Shown here piece after piece: positions 24,515 to 38,479 of a stretch of 64,000 nucleotides of DNA. Origin of the DNA: Octopus vulgaris (lineage: Eukaryota); assembly GCA_951406725.2 (NCBI GenBank), contig OX597826.1:14880001-14944000 (forward strand). The letters are read 5' to 3'. A model generated the notes under the pieces. It did no database searches. It saw only the letters and a list, made by a program, of their open reading frames with translations, and was not told where the DNA came from. The translations under genes were made by a program, and so were the position numbers. Within the stretch, counting starts at the first letter, position 1; each line of letters begins with the position of its first letter.

Positions 24515-25665
24515 GTATTTGTCGCCCCGTTTTCATGGCTGTTCGGTTCGAACGGGCGTTACTGTGATATTTTAACCCCGAGAGGACATTTTCTCCAGCT
24601 GGTTAACGATGCAACCTGCATCCGATATATTGTGAGCTGAGGAGCAAATCCCCTGTTCGCAATATACAAGGTGATTGAAAAGTAACTCCCTATTTTAAAA
24701 TACTTATAATTTATTTATTAACTAGAATTTTTAGAAAAAAACGAATATGTAAAGAAAGTGTATAGCATGGAATTTTATTTAGAATTTGATATAGCACCAG
24801 CATTCACCACCAGCTTCTGAAGCCGCCTGGGAACCACATCAACTGATTTCATCAGGAACTCTTGTGGAATGAAAGACATAACTTCTCGTATTCACCCTTC
24901 AAGTTCTTCCAAAGTCGTTGGTTTGATAGAGAAGACTTCCTCCTTTAACCAACCCCAAAGAAAACAGTCGCATGGTGTTAAATCAGGGCTTCTGGCCAGC
25001 CAGTCATGCGGACCTTGAGGAATTGGAAGGACGACCACTTCAAGTATCAGCTACAAATCCTGTAGTCATGAATTTTGCATGGCAATTCTTTGCATGAACT
25101 TGAGCATGTCTTCTTCTAATGGTCCTCCACCATCTTTGCACTTGAACAACTGATCTCCTATCTTCGTAACGTTCTGCTAGCTGGGCACAGTGCGACATCC
25201 AGCCATGTTTGTAGGGCTTCTAAATTTCAAACAAAATAATCAATCTGAAAAAAAACAACAACATGGAATCAATTCCCCTACATTAAAGAACATACACGAC
25301 AAATTTGAGAAAAAAAATTATAGTTAATAAATAAATTATAAGCATTTTAAGATAGGGAGTTACTTTCCAATCACCCTGTATATAAATTCAAGCGATATTC
25401 AGTCGCTGATATTGCAACAAGCAAAGAAACTAGTTAACGCAATAACTGTACTGGCAAGTAATGCTTGTCGCCACTTCAACATGGCCGAGGAAGGGCAGAA
25501 ATAGCCCGAAACTAGACTGGTCAGCTGGTCCTGTCACTAAAAGGTGGTAGGGGTTCGCTCCTCTGCTCGCATCGTGAACGAGCAAGAGGAATTTCCTCGG
25601 GTTTAAAAACATCGCAGTAACGTTCGTTCTAACGGAATAGCCATGTTGAGGTGGCGACAAATATT
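24514..25665. mobile_element. Outer MITE-like element with ~70-bp imperfect TIRs hosting a nested Tc1/mariner
   Basis: TATTTGTCGCC...CATGGCTGTTCGGTTCGAACG...CCCGAG (24516-24582) is inverted at 25597-25664. Confidence 0.65.
24667..25378 (-). mobile_element. Internally deleted Tc1/mariner-superfamily element (WPxxSPDL-type, DD37D/DD41D-like)
   Basis: TIRs of ~57 bp (CARGGTGATTGRAAAGTAACTCCCTAT...), TA TSD, and the peptide WLARSPDLTPCDCFLWGWLKEEVF..KPTTLEEL. Confidence 0.88.
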
Positions 25666-25812
25666 ACTTGTCAGTACATTTATTGCTTTCACCTCTTCCA
25701 GAGATTCCGTAACTAGCTTCTTTTTGCTCTTATATATACGTATATATTTATATATACATACACACGCACACACACACACACACACGTATACACACACACG
25801 AGCGCCATATAC

Positions 25813-25851
<39 letters not shown>

Positions 25852-25944
25852 ACCTGCTTATAAACAAGGGCAAAAGAAAAAAATTTTAATGCCAAAAATG
25901 CTGAAAATAGACAAAATGTCAATAAACATTATAATTTATCACTA

Positions 25945-26055
25945 TTAACACGCGTCTCGAAATAAGGCGAAAGAAATTTCTAAAAAATTCCGTTATTATC
26001 GTATCGGTCCCAATTTCAGAGTTAATTCATAAGAATTTTCTCCTCGTCAGCCATA
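25945..26055 (-). ncRNA. Degenerate long-stem-II hammerhead motif in a PLE-like tail
   Basis: CTGACGA-GGAGAAAATT...ATTTCTTTC...GAGAC-GCGT-GT, with a short inverted copy of the core at 26114-26130. Confidence 0.4.
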
Positions 26056-26551
26056 AATACGGTAAGAAATAAATTAAATACTTACTTATACCCATGGAAG
26101 AAGCAAACCCCTTGCTGACGAGGAGAAAATTATCATCAGTATATATTGTCACTCCGAAAGGCATGATATTCATAACCAGAGAGTATGTGGTACATGATTG
26201 CCTGAGATTCATAGTAATTTAAGTCTAATTACATCTTGTTGTTGTAGATGCTACTGATGTTCTTGTTACAGTTGTTGCTGATATTACTGATTTCTGCTAC
26301 TGTTATCAATACTACTGTAGTTTAAACGAAGGTTAGATTATATCGCTTTACCTTTTACTACATTATTCCTATAATATTTATCCCCACTTAAACGTGGATG
26401 TTCGATTAGAACAAACTATACCGCTGTAGATACTATGAAAGAAACTTTCATGTTGGCTTTTGGTGCAAAATGCACTATATTACCTCTCGGTAACAATATT
26501 CCCTCTTTCGATAATATATATTTTTAACAAGCTCACTGGCTAGGCGCGACA

Positions 26552-26588
<37 letters not shown>

Positions 26589-26590
<2 letters not shown>

Positions 26591-26779
26591 TTTATTTAAA
26601 GCAGCAGAAGATTCAACAAAACCTGTTACTCTGAGTTTCCCGTTGCCGTTCATCGGACAGTTTTTGCTAGCAAAGTTTTGTTGAATTTTCTGCTGCTTTA
26701 AATAAAGCATATTACTCTACCACTGGTATTTGAGTACTCTTTTTTTCACCTTGTTTCACATTTATGTGTTTACTCCGGT

Positions 26780-26782
<3 letters not shown>
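26589..26782. mobile_element. PLE-like terminal repeat P2 with inverted 35-bp copy and hammerhead (26623-26660, minus)
   Basis: Minus strand CTGT-CCGATGA-ACG-GCAA-CGG-GAA-ACTC A GAGT-A-ACAG, (TA)n on both sides. Homologue at 41368-41496. Confidence 0.78.
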
Positions 26783-26821
<39 letters not shown>

Positions 26822-27567
26822 CTGACTGGGAGATGAGTTGCTGCTGTCTCCAGCAGTCAAGTATCCATCATTGACGAGACTAAGGAAGGTCGAAATTACG
26901 AAATCTGGTGGTCTTGACGCTGGAGATGGCGGGGGTTTATCTCTCTGCTAGCGATAGAAGCAGGCGTGCATTTTGCACCAAAAGCCAATATGAGATTCTC
27001 TCTCATGGTATCTACCACAGTATAGTTTGTTCTTATAGAACATCCACGTTTAAGAGGTTAATACTTCTCGATATTCATACGGCTTCTGTTGCTAAAATAT
27101 AGTTTCGCCTTGTTCTTCGTTTTTAAGTTGATAGAGTGTGATTTCGGATCTTACTGCCATTTCTAGCAGCACGAGCAGTTACACAGGCCCCTGATCCTTC
27201 TACTTCATTAGCTTAGTACTACTAGTTAATACTGTTATTGTTGCTGTTGCTGTTGTTGTTGTTGTTGTTGTTCTTGTTGTTGTTGTTGTTGTTGTTGTTG
27301 TTAAGCAGTGCCAGAGAAATATCCGGTTATGAGATCCATTTAAATGTACCCTTACATACGCATGCACAAACACACACGAACCTACACACGCATACACACA
27401 CACACACACACTTTAAAGTGATGCCATGGGGGTGGTTCATTAAAGAAACGAGCTGTGTACAGTAATTAACAAGATAGGGATAACTACATTATAATACAAA
27501 GACTAGTGAGAGAGGAGGGAGCGGCACATGGAACGGCCTGCTTAGGGCGAGGAAATGAAACATTGTG

Positions 27568-27973
27568 TTACTCTTTACTCTTTTACTTGTTTCAGTCATT
27601 TGACTGCGGCCATGCTGGAGCACCGCCTTTAGTCGAGCAAATCGACCCCGGCACTTATTCTTTGTAAGCCCAGTACTTATTCTATCGGTCTCTTTTGCCG
27701 AACCGCTAAGTGACGGGGACGTAAACACACCAGCATCGGTTGTCAAGCAATGCTAGGGGGACAAACACAGACACACAAACACACATATACATTTATATAT
27801 ACATATATACGACAGGCTTCTTTCAGTTTCCGTCTACCAAATCCGCTCACAAGGCATTGGTCGGCCCGGGGCTATAGCAGAAGACACTTGCCCAAGATGC
27901 CACGCAGTGGGACTGAACCCGGAACCATGTGGTTGGTAAGCAAGCTACTTACCACACAGCCACTCCTGTGCCT
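27568..27973 (-). mobile_element. SINE family A, full length
   Basis: Homologous to 5702-6102; TGTGTTA repeated on both sides. Confidence 0.93.
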
Positions 27974-28254
27974 ATGTGTTATTCATGTTTTGTGTGAACC
28001 CAATGCGTTTATACGTTTATTTCCTTCATGTGTGGACTCTTGCCTAAATAACAAATCGATAGCTGAATATATTATAATCATCAAACATACAGCTGTGTGT
28101 ATACAAATGTGCGTGGATGTATATATGTCTACTTTTATACGCATATACACACACGCGTCTTAAATTATATATGTTGTACAACTGATTAAAAATTGTAATG
28201 TTAGTATGCTTACAAGTAGTGCGGTATGTGTATATGTGTGTGTTTGTGTGCAGT

Positions 28255-28593
<339 letters not shown>

Positions 28594-28717
28594 GTTTATG
28601 CAGCAACACATAATTAAAACGTGAATATCTGCGTTGCTACAGTGTCAGACATTTAATTGGGAATATAATGGTTCTTTCTCTGTTGAAGACTATTCACCGC
28701 AATATAATATATATACA

Positions 28718-29283
28718 TTGGGTTGTCCGGAAAGTTTGTGCCGATTTTTAAAGGAAAGAAAAAGGTCAATAACTACTTGCCATTACATTTTTTAATCAAC
28801 CAAATATGCACCATTTTGTTGCACAATGCGTCTCCATCTTTCCTTTAACCTGAAAATACCCTCTTCCCAGAATTGAGGTGGTTTCATGGCAAAGAATTCA
28901 TCAAGGTAACTTTTTATGTCATCCAAGGAATTGAAATATTTACCATTAAGACTATTCTGCAGAGAACTGAATAAGTGGAAATCCGAAGGAACAATATCTG
29001 GTGAATATGGAGGGTGGGGTAACACATCCCAGCCGAGCTGCAGCAATTTTTGACTGGTTCCCAAAGCATCAAGTACCGAAAATGAACTTTCTTATCTTCT
29101 ATTTTAAAGGGTCACAGAATTAACACAGGTTATAGGAACATAAACCTTCTTCCACGAAAAGATAACTTAAACTCTGCTCTAAAAGGAGGTGTAGTCAAAA
29201 GTATTTTATGGACTCAATCATGTTCTAAAATAAGTCGAAAGGTAAGCTACTATAAATCAGCACGAACTTTGCGGACAACCCAA
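28718..29283 (-). mobile_element. Internally deleted mariner
   Basis: TIR TTGGGTTGTCCG(G/C)AAAGTT. The ORF at 28792-29064 gives LGWDVLPHPPYSPDIVPSDFHLFSSLQN...WEEGIFRLKERW. Confidence 0.92.
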
Positions 29284-29313
29284 TATATATGAATATATAT
29301 GCACACACCCCAC

Positions 29314-29346
<33 letters not shown>

Positions 29347-29374
29347 GTATAAGGGTGGAAAGGAACACACGAGT

Positions 29375-29651
29375 TGAAAAAACAAGTCAAAAATAGAAAA
29401 TGCTAAGATAATTTTATAGTGAATCTTTCAGTACCGGTTTCGGTCATTTTGAGACCTTTTCAACTGTAACGATTAAATAATTAAATTTAGAAAAATTAGA
29501 AGAAAAGTTTTTTTAAAAAAATATTTCTAATTTTTCTAAATTTAATTATTTAATCGTTACAGTTGAAAAGGTCTCAAAATGACCGAAACCGGTACTGAAA
29601 GATTCACTATAAAATTATCTTAGCATTTTCTATTTTTGACTTGTTTTTTCA
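29375..29651. repeat. Apparently perfect hairpin (~126-bp arms) containing a hammerhead on each strand
   Basis: 29375-29501 is the reverse complement of 29525-29651, flanked by (TA)n. Confidence 0.95.
29560..29597 (+). ncRNA. Hammerhead ribozyme variant with U3-A8 pair (mirror copy at 29429-29466, minus)
   Basis: CAG-TTGAAAA-GGTC-tcaaaat-GACC-GAA-ACCGGT-A-CTG. Confidence 0.75.
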
Positions 29652-29658
29652 TATATAC

Positions 29659-29751
<93 letters not shown>

Positions 29752-29924
29752 TTATATATTACATGTACCCTTTTAGTTTAGTTTGGGCAAAAGCCTCGTA
29801 ATGCTTTCTTAGAAGTTCCTATACTTTTTGTAGTCGACTACCGCCTGTTAATTCCATCTCCCAGGCTAACCCAATGATATGGTTATACAACGTGGATCTC
29901 CTTTCAGTTTAGGATAAATATAAT

Positions 29925-30390
29925 AATGGCTTCAAATTTTGCCACAAGAGTAGCAATTTTAGGTTAGGGATAAGTCCATTACATCGACCCCAGTGTTCAG
30001 CTGGTAATTATTTTATCGACCCCGAAAGGATGAAAAGTAAGGTCGACCTCGGCGGAATTTGAACTCAGAACATAGCGACGGGTGAAATACCTATTTCTTT
30101 ACTACCCACAAGGGGCTAAACACAGAGAGGACAAACAAGGACAGACACACGGATTAAGTCGATTATATCGACCCCAGTGCGTAACTGGTACTTATTTAAT
30201 CGACCCCGAAAGGATGAAATGCAAAGTCAACCTCGGCGGAATTTGAACTCAGAACGTAACGGCAGACGAAATACGGCTACGCATTTCGCCCGGCGTGCTA
30301 ACGATTCTGCCAGCTCGCCGCCTTTACGACGGGTGAAATACCGCTTAGCATTTCGTCGAGCGCGCTAACGTTTCTGCTACCTTGCCGCAT
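29925..30390 (-). mobile_element. SINE-B nested in SINE-B
   Basis: The inner full copy (30092-30325) is flanked by the 16-bp TSD CGACGGGTGAAATACC at 30076-30091 and 30327-30342. Confidence 0.9.
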
Positions 30391-30739
30391 TATGTTATTG
30401 TTATAGTAGTAATAGCAATAATAACATGCGGATGGAAATTCAATAGACTTTATTAATGCATCACAATTTATGTTTCTACACCCACACATGGTCATTAGAT
30501 AACAATTTTTCATATTCATAAGATTACATAAGGTTACTCTTAATAATTGTTAATTTGAATATTTTTTCTTCAGCTCCGTTTCCAGTGCGGGCGCTTCTTC
30601 GGACATTGCTTTAGTAAATTTCAGCCAACCAGATTAAGAGATCTTAAGGACATCCACTGTTTTAGACAATTCTTTCAATCCATTCCATTGATGAGTGGGA
30701 CTTGGGTCTAGTCCCAGAGAAACACAAAACAAAGAAACC

Positions 30740-31690
30740 AAAATCGTTTAACTAAATTGTCTTTCCATCGTCGTAGATGCCTTCCGAGTGGCCTTTTCCG
30801 ATATCTTGGATACCATTCGGCATCTACACGGCCCAGCGGAACTTATGCTCACGGTATTCTGCGATCACAAGGTGGCGAGCTGGCAGAATTGTTAGCACGC
30901 CGGGCGAAATGCTTAGCCGTATCTTGTCTGCCGCTACGTTCTGAGTTAAAATTCCGCCCATGTCGACTTTGCCTTTCATCCTTTCGGTGTCGATTAAATA
31001 AGTACCAGTTACGCACTGGGGTCGATGTAATCGACTTAATCCGTTTGTCTGTCCTTGTTTGTCCTCTCTGTGTTTAGCCCTTGTGGGTAGTAAAGAAATA
31101 GGTATTCTGCGATAGCGTTGTTCACTCCGCTTCGCTCTCAGATTATTCCATTCCGCATATGCTCTCCCAATGATATTCTTAGCATAGCTCTTTCCATGTC
31201 CCTTTACAACGTAGCCTATTGATGTCCTTTCCTTTTCATAGTAGCCCACATCTCACTCGCATATTAAAGCAAAAATAAAGCAGTGTTACTGAGGAGTCTG
31301 GCACGCATGGTCTTATCCAGCTTTGCTTTCAACACTTCCTTTACTGAGATAAAAGCCTTCCATCCGGTCCTTATTCTCTTCGAGAATTCAGCATCCATGT
31401 CGCGACGCATATTCACTATGTACCACAAGTAAACGTATTGCTTTACCTTTTCGATTCCATCACTTCCAGTCTCTATTGGCCTTGTACCGCGTTTTTAGAC
31501 TGCATGTACCTTGTTTTTGTGCTGTTCATTTTAAGCCCTACTGCTGAGCAATGGGTATCCATCTTTATCAACATAGTATTCAGCTGATTTGTGGTTTCGG
31601 CGATAATTACGTAGTAAACTTTCGAATCGGAGGTGTGTTAATAGCTCGCTGTTGATGTTCACGCCACCTGTCCATATTTATCCTGCGAGT
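30740..31690 (-). pseudogene. RTE-clade LINE RT fragment interrupted by SINE-B (30869-31100, +)
   Basis: Peptide GGVNINSELLTHLRF...GLKMNSTKTRYM...YVYL...AEFSKRIRTGWKAF; SINE TSD GGTATTCTGCGAT. Confidence 0.75.
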
Positions 31691-31729
31691 CTTTTCTTAA
31701 TATTGACGGGAGGGAGCGGGAGTGCATTA

Positions 31730-32150
31730 TCTTTTATACTTTACTTGTTTCTGTCAGTTGACTGCGGCCGTGCTGGGGCACTGCATTGAAGAGTTTTAGT
31801 AGAACAAATCTACCCTAAAACTTAGTTTTTGAAACCTAGTATTTATGCTAACGGTATCTTTTGCCGGACCGCTAGGTTTCTGGGACGCAAATATACCACC
31901 ACCGGTTGTCAAGCAGAGAAATACACATAGATATACTCTTTTACTCTTTTACTTGTTTCAGTCATTTGACTGTGGCCATGATGGAGCACAGCCTTTAGTC
32001 GAGTAAATCGACTCCAGTACTTATTCTATCGGCTTCTTTGCCGAACCGCTAGTTTACGGGGACGTAAACACACCAGCATCGGTTGTCAAGTGATGTTTGG
32101 TGGACAAACACAGACACACAAACATATACACACATACATACATACATACA

Positions 32151-32224
<74 letters not shown>

Positions 32225-32626
32225 CAAATATACGACGGGCTTCTTTCAGTTTCCGTCCACCAAATCCACTCACAAGGCTTTGGTTGGCCCGAGGCTCTTG
32301 TAGAAAACACTTGCCCAGGGTGCCATTCAGTGGAACTGAACACGGAACCATGTGATTGGTAAGCAAGCTACTTACCACACAGCGACTCCTACGCCTATAT
32401 AGGCATACATATGTGTATGTGTGTGTGTGTGTATATACACACACACACACACGTAAGCGCGCGACGCGCACATACACACACATATGGCGGGCTTCTTTCA
32501 GTTTCCGTCCACCAAATCCACTTATAAGGCTTTGGTCAGCCCGAGGCAATAGTAGCAGACATTTGCCCAAGGTCCCGCGCAGTGGGACTGAACCTAGAAC
32601 CATATAGCTGAGAAGCAAGCTTCTTG
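31730..32626 (-). mobile_element. Cluster of SINE-A copies (3' fragment, full copy 31934-32398, 5' fragment)
   Basis: Homology to 5702-6102. Confidence 0.88.
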
Positions 32627-33404
32627 CCTCTATCAGGGAATATTTTTAAACATCATAGAAATACAACTCCTGGCTCATAACATAAAGAAACCAAAATTGA
32701 AATATTACTGCCACTCAATTAGGATAATAACTTTCAGTTCGTACAAATCAAAGGTTTTCATATTTCAGAGACTCCGTAACAACGCTTGAGTTTTTTCAGG
32801 CTCCTTCTGTTATATATAATTTCGGAAGCAATACATTTCGTCCTAATTCTTATTTATCTATTTACTTACTTATTTATTTATTTCACATTAAAAAAATTAT
32901 TTGCTTCATCTTTATTTTCCCTGAATTACTATGTAAAATGCCTTAGTCTTTTAACAGTTTTTTTTCTTTTTTCTCGAATACACTTGTAAAGTAAATATAA
33001 AAAATGCGAAATGCCGATACCATTTAAGGGAGATAACTTATTTAAAGGAGATAAAGTTATTTCCCTTGCATTCAGTCGACTACATTGACACCAGTGTTTA
33101 GTTCGGAATTATATTCTCGACCCCGGTAAAGATGAAAGATTCAGTCGACCGCTGCGGAATTTGAGCTCTGAACGTAAAGACAGAGGAAGTGCCACAAGTA
33201 TTTTGCTCCACGTGCCAGCTTTAATTCAAAAATATATTCAAAACACTTTCATAGATTTTCTTCCACGGACTTTTTTTTATTTGACAGAGAACTTACGGCA
33301 GTTGATATTTTAAAATGCCATCATATATCTATATTGAGTATTTAGTATTCTCAGATCTAGATATCTCACTAAATTACATCAAATTCAATAATAGATCGTT
33401 AGCC

Positions 33405-33590
33405 ACTACACACTTTTTTTTCTCTCCTTGTTTCTCTCCTTGTCTTTTTCTGTGTTCCTTACTGAAGAAGAGCGTAGGCTCGAAACGTAAAATACTTTTT
33501 CTATTCCTGAGCGTTATACTAATACATCTGTTTGTTTTGTACACCACCTGTCTTCGTCTTTTGTTTTGGTTTTTCGTAAACTCTCCCCAT
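33405..33590 (+). mobile_element. PLE-like terminal repeat related to P1, with hammerhead (33458-33493)
   Basis: CTGAAGA-A-GAGC-gtag-GCTC-GAA-ACGT-A-AAA, followed by a CCTGAGCGT..AATAC tail as in P1. Confidence 0.7.
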
Positions 33591-34679
33591 CAATACCATA
33601 TAACCATGATAGGAAAATCATCTACCAGCAATTGTTACTCGAGCTGCAAGTCGGCCTCGGATAGATTTGATCTCTGACCTTTCTATATCTCTATGAATAA
33701 GGATTTCAATGTCTAAAGCTGCCTTACTATGTAAGATGCGAAAGTGAGGGCTTGGAGCATTGTATCTAGATATGTGTATATGGTGTTGTACAGTAGTTAG
33801 ACTATGATGTAAAGCTCTGATTCTTAACCTTAGATGGTAGGCATAACCAGGGATTCTCCCCTATTATCTATGGACCCCTTTGATTACTATTTTATTCTGA
33901 TTGATCCCCATTGCCATTCGATGCTTAAAAACTAGTTTTATAGAATTTTATTTCAAAATTCCTATTTTGCTTTTCACACCTTTAACTTGTATATGTTGAT
34001 CGTTGTGAAGTGTTAGAGAAAGAAACTTATTTCGGCAATACATACCAATACATGCATCTAAAGAAAAATTAATTTTCAAGGGCCTTTAAAATGCTATTGT
34101 AGACAATGTTTTGTTGGGTGGATCCCACAAAATCTTATATGGACCCTCAAGAGCCATGTGGATTCCGGTTGAGAACCACTGAGACAGGTTGTAAGCTCAC
34201 AATGGGCGCTGTGTGATTTTGGGTGTTTAGTGGAGAGAAAGTTATGATGTCTCACCGAAATAGAATATTTAAACAACTTACAATACTTGTATTTTAAACG
34301 TCTTTATTTTTTTTTTCTTCCTTTTCTATGCTGGGATTAGAATATGCATAGGACGTTGCTTATCAGTGAGAAGAAACATGACTGATTATGCGCCAGGGTC
34401 GAATATAATTTCCATATGTAATTCCTGAACTTCTTTAATAATTTCTATTACAATTGAACTCAGGAATTCTAGTTTAAAAAGAGGCTCATGCATATTTGGA
34501 TAACATGAAAAATGTGTATAATAAACCAATTCGCAAAATTAGTTGTTTGATTTTTTTCTTTTTTAATTTCATCATTGGGAAGAATTCTATAAACTTGACG
34601 AAAGAAGGCATCACTGAAATATATTTTTTAAAAAGGTTGAAAACTACAGATATATAATGTATACTCTCTCTCTCTCTCT

Positions 34680-34889
34680 TACTTGTTTCAGTCATTTGAC
34701 TGCAGCCATGCTGGAGCACCGCCTTTAGTCGAGCAAATCGACCCCGGAACTTACTCTTTGTAAGCCTAGTACTTATTCTATAAGTCTCTTTTACCAAACC
34801 GCTAAGTGATGGGGACGTAAACACACCAGCATCGGTTGTCAAGCAATGCTAGGGGGACAAATAAGGACACACAAACATATACACACACA

Positions 34890-34965
<76 letters not shown>

Positions 34966-35131
34966 TACGACAGGCTTCTTTCAGTTTCCGTCTACCAAAT
35001 CCACTCACAAGGCATTGGTCGGCCCGAGGCTATAGCAGAAGACACTTGCCCAAGATGCCACGCAGTGGGACTGAACCCGGAACCATGTGGTTAGTAAGCA
35101 AGCTACTTACCACAGAGCCACTCTTGCGCCT
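34680..35131 (-). mobile_element. SINE family A, full length
   Basis: Homologous to 27568-27973. Confidence 0.93.
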
Positions 35132-35840
35132 GTTGATGTGATATAAGATTATTGTGTAGGGTTTAGTATTATAGTTAGAACACAGAGTATGGTATGTAAT
35201 ATGATGTACTAGATATATTGTATGCAATGAAGTATAGCAGTCCGAGTATGTTATATCATGATTAGAATTTTCGTCTGAGAGTGATTCGTTTTTCTTATAG
35301 TCCAGACATATTGCATGGAGTATAGTAGTAAAGTGTCTGTTTATACTATGCATTAAAGCAAAGGATGTTACGAGCGGTATCTAGCATGTATAAACTACCA
35401 GAACACATTATGAGGTGTACAGTATGTGTTCAAGAAACAGAATATGGTGGGAGGTGTCTAGCACAAATATAACGAGTAGAACATGTTGCATGGTGCCGAG
35501 CTTGTACACAATAACCGGGGCATTTGTAATCATGTTTGTATATATTCCTGTTTTGTAGCCCAAACAGGATAAATAGAACTCAAAACATGAGTAAATGTGA
35601 GTGTTATTTTTAATCGGTAGAAGTTATAAAGTGACTCAACAGCCGAGTGTTTCGTTCATGGCAGGTATCAAATGGCTTCATGCGTGTCACGCACTATTGT
35701 GTTTCATATTTACGAAAAATTGAATGTAAGTGATGTCTGGTGTATGCATGCTCATAGTACATGTTACGTGTGACAAATAGTACATAATATGTGGTATCTC
35801 GAATGTGTATAAGCAGAGGTACATTATGCATGGGCTCTTC

Positions 35841-35918
<78 letters not shown>

Positions 35919-36156
35919 TTAAATGGATGAATGAATTATCCTTTGTTTACCGTTAACATGGAAAATTCAATAAACAGTTACCAGGGTAGCAAAATTCACT
36001 CTTGTACCACGGATAAAGCGACCTATTCAAAGGTAGAAACTCCGGGTTTGCATTTTACACCGTTTATTCGTTTGGAATAAAACCAATTCGGTCTTCGAAA
36101 TATATGTCGAAAGTAAAAGAATTTTAATAACATCTTCGTTCAACTCCATTTATTTA

Positions 36157-36231
<75 letters not shown>

Positions 36232-36294
36232 CAATAACTAGGACATGCTATGTGGTGCCAAGTATGGTAAACAACATAATAGTATGAGAATGTA

Positions 36295-37373
36295 GTAAGG
36301 CAGAGATATGGCAAAATTATTAGCACGCCGGGCAAATTGCTTAGCAGCATTTCGTCCGTCTTTACATTCTGAGTTCAACTTCTGCTGAGATTGACTTTGC
36401 CTTTCATCCTTTCAGGGTCGATAAGATAAGTACCAGTCGATCACTGGAGTCGATGTCATCGACTTATCCCATCCTTCAGTTTTGCTGGTCTTGTGCCAAA
36501 ATTTGAAGCCAACATTATAAATGTACAACACAGCAGTCGATAAGAAATACTTGAGATACAGTAAAAATAAAATCATGATATTTAACTTGGAGCAATGATT
36601 CAATCTGGAGATGCTGTATAGAAAGCTGCTCGTATAATAACAGTGTGACGTGGCAGCCAAGATGGTTGCGGTGCTTACTTCGTTGAAGACAAATCTGTAA
36701 TGATCCTTTTCTATTATAAGCACAAGGCCTGAAATTTATGGGGGGGGGGGTATAAGTCGATTACATCGAAACCCAGTGCACAACTGGTACTTATTTCTCG
36801 AGCCCGAAAAGATGAAAGGCAAAGGTGACCTCGGTGGAACTTGAATTCAGAATGTAAAGGTGGACAAAATGCCCCTAAGCACGATTCTAGCAGTTCACTG
36901 TCTTGATAAAATATTGATATTAAAAACGATGATAAAAATAATTCTTTCTACTAAAGGCACAAAGCCTGAAATTTGGTAGGAGGGAACCAGTCGATTACAT
37001 CGACCCCCAATGTTTCACTGGTGCTTAATTTATCGATCCTGAAAGAATGAAAGGCAAAGTCAACCTTGACGGAATTTGAACTCAGAATGTAAAGACGGAC
37101 GAAATGCCGCAAAGCATTTCGTCCGCGTACAAACGTTTCTCATTTCTTTATTACCCACAAGGGGTTAAACATAGAGGGGACAAACAAAGATAGACAACGG
37201 GATTAAGTCGATTACATCGACCCCAGTGCGTTACTCGTACTTAATTTTTCGACCCCGAAAGCATGAAAGGCAAAGTCGACCTCGGCGGAATTTGAACTCA
37301 GAACGTAACGGCAGACGAAATACGGCTACGCAATTCGCCCAGCGTGCTAATGTTTCTGCCAGCTCGCCGCCTT
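36295..37373. mobile_element. Cluster of four SINE-B copies (+ 36295-36515; - 36703-36903, 36940-37140, 37142-37373)
   Basis: Shared core GCCTTTCATCCTTTCGGGGTCGAT; both tail types are present. Confidence 0.85.
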
Positions 37374-37932
37374 TAAACAATTTTATAATAATAATAATTT
37401 GAAAATCTTCTAATGATATGTAATGTAGTAAGCAAAAAATGTATGATTAATAATAGCTAGCAATCAGGATGAATGAGAAATAGTGTGGCTGTGAAATTAT
37501 GTTGCCTAGAATAAAATGTGGTCGGCAGGTGTGACAACAAAAGCAACGACGTTGATGTTACCAATAGCAGCGACAGCAATAACAGTTGCCACCTTTACAA
37601 GAACAATAACAAGTACTGCTACCTTCCTCAACAGTAGAACCTGCGTTATTTAAAGAATTTCTCATCACTATATATCTCATTTTAGCTCACTAGAATCGTT
37701 TCAATTTAAAACATATTTTGAGAATAAAAAAAAAAATCTCCTTATGTAGGGGAGATAAACGTGATACAACCTGTAGAGGAAGCCATTAGTTTCCCTTTAC
37801 ATGAATTATGAATAAATTTACAATTTAAAAATAGGATAAAACTTTCATAAGAATTTATCAAGTAGTTATGAAAAACCTCATAAGAGAAAAAAGACCATCA
37901 GTTTTTTTTTTCCTTTAAATTTATTTATTTAT

Positions 37933-38106
37933 ATTATATAGAGGGCAGTATTACACATAGATGCCTCACGCTAGGAGGGACTCTTTTAAATGGACCTGCT
38001 TCCAGAAGTGGTTTCGGTCCGACGTGTTTATTTATTTTAGTAGTTTTGACTTTAAGAGTCCCTCCTAGCGTGAGGCATCTATGTGTAACAGTGCCCTCTG
38101 TATAAT
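37933..38106. repeat. Hairpin with ~52-bp arms enclosing a 3' half hammerhead
   Basis: 37933-37985 is inverted at 38054-38106. The minus-strand loop reads GACC-GAA-ACC..CTTC TG GAAG..GGT-C. Confidence 0.8.
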
Positions 38107-38479
38107 ATAAATGAATTATGAATAAAAAATATGTATATTGCATTCATAGCGTAAAACAGAAGTCCTCAGCATTTGGGACATATTGCAGCACCGGATTCAC
38201 CGAAGCAATACCTCTTCTGAACAACAACAACTACTACTACTACTACTACTGCTACTGCTACTACTACTACAACTACAACAATAATAATCCTTTCTACTGG
38301 AAGCACAGTGCCTCAAATTTGGGGGAAGGAAATAAATCGATTACATCGACCCCAGTGCGTAACTGGTACTTAATTTATCGACCCCGAAAGGATGAAAGGC
38401 ATTTCGTCCAGCGTGCTAACGATTCTGCAGGCTTGCAGCCTTAATAATAATGATAATAAGAAGGAGAAAAAGGAAACTT

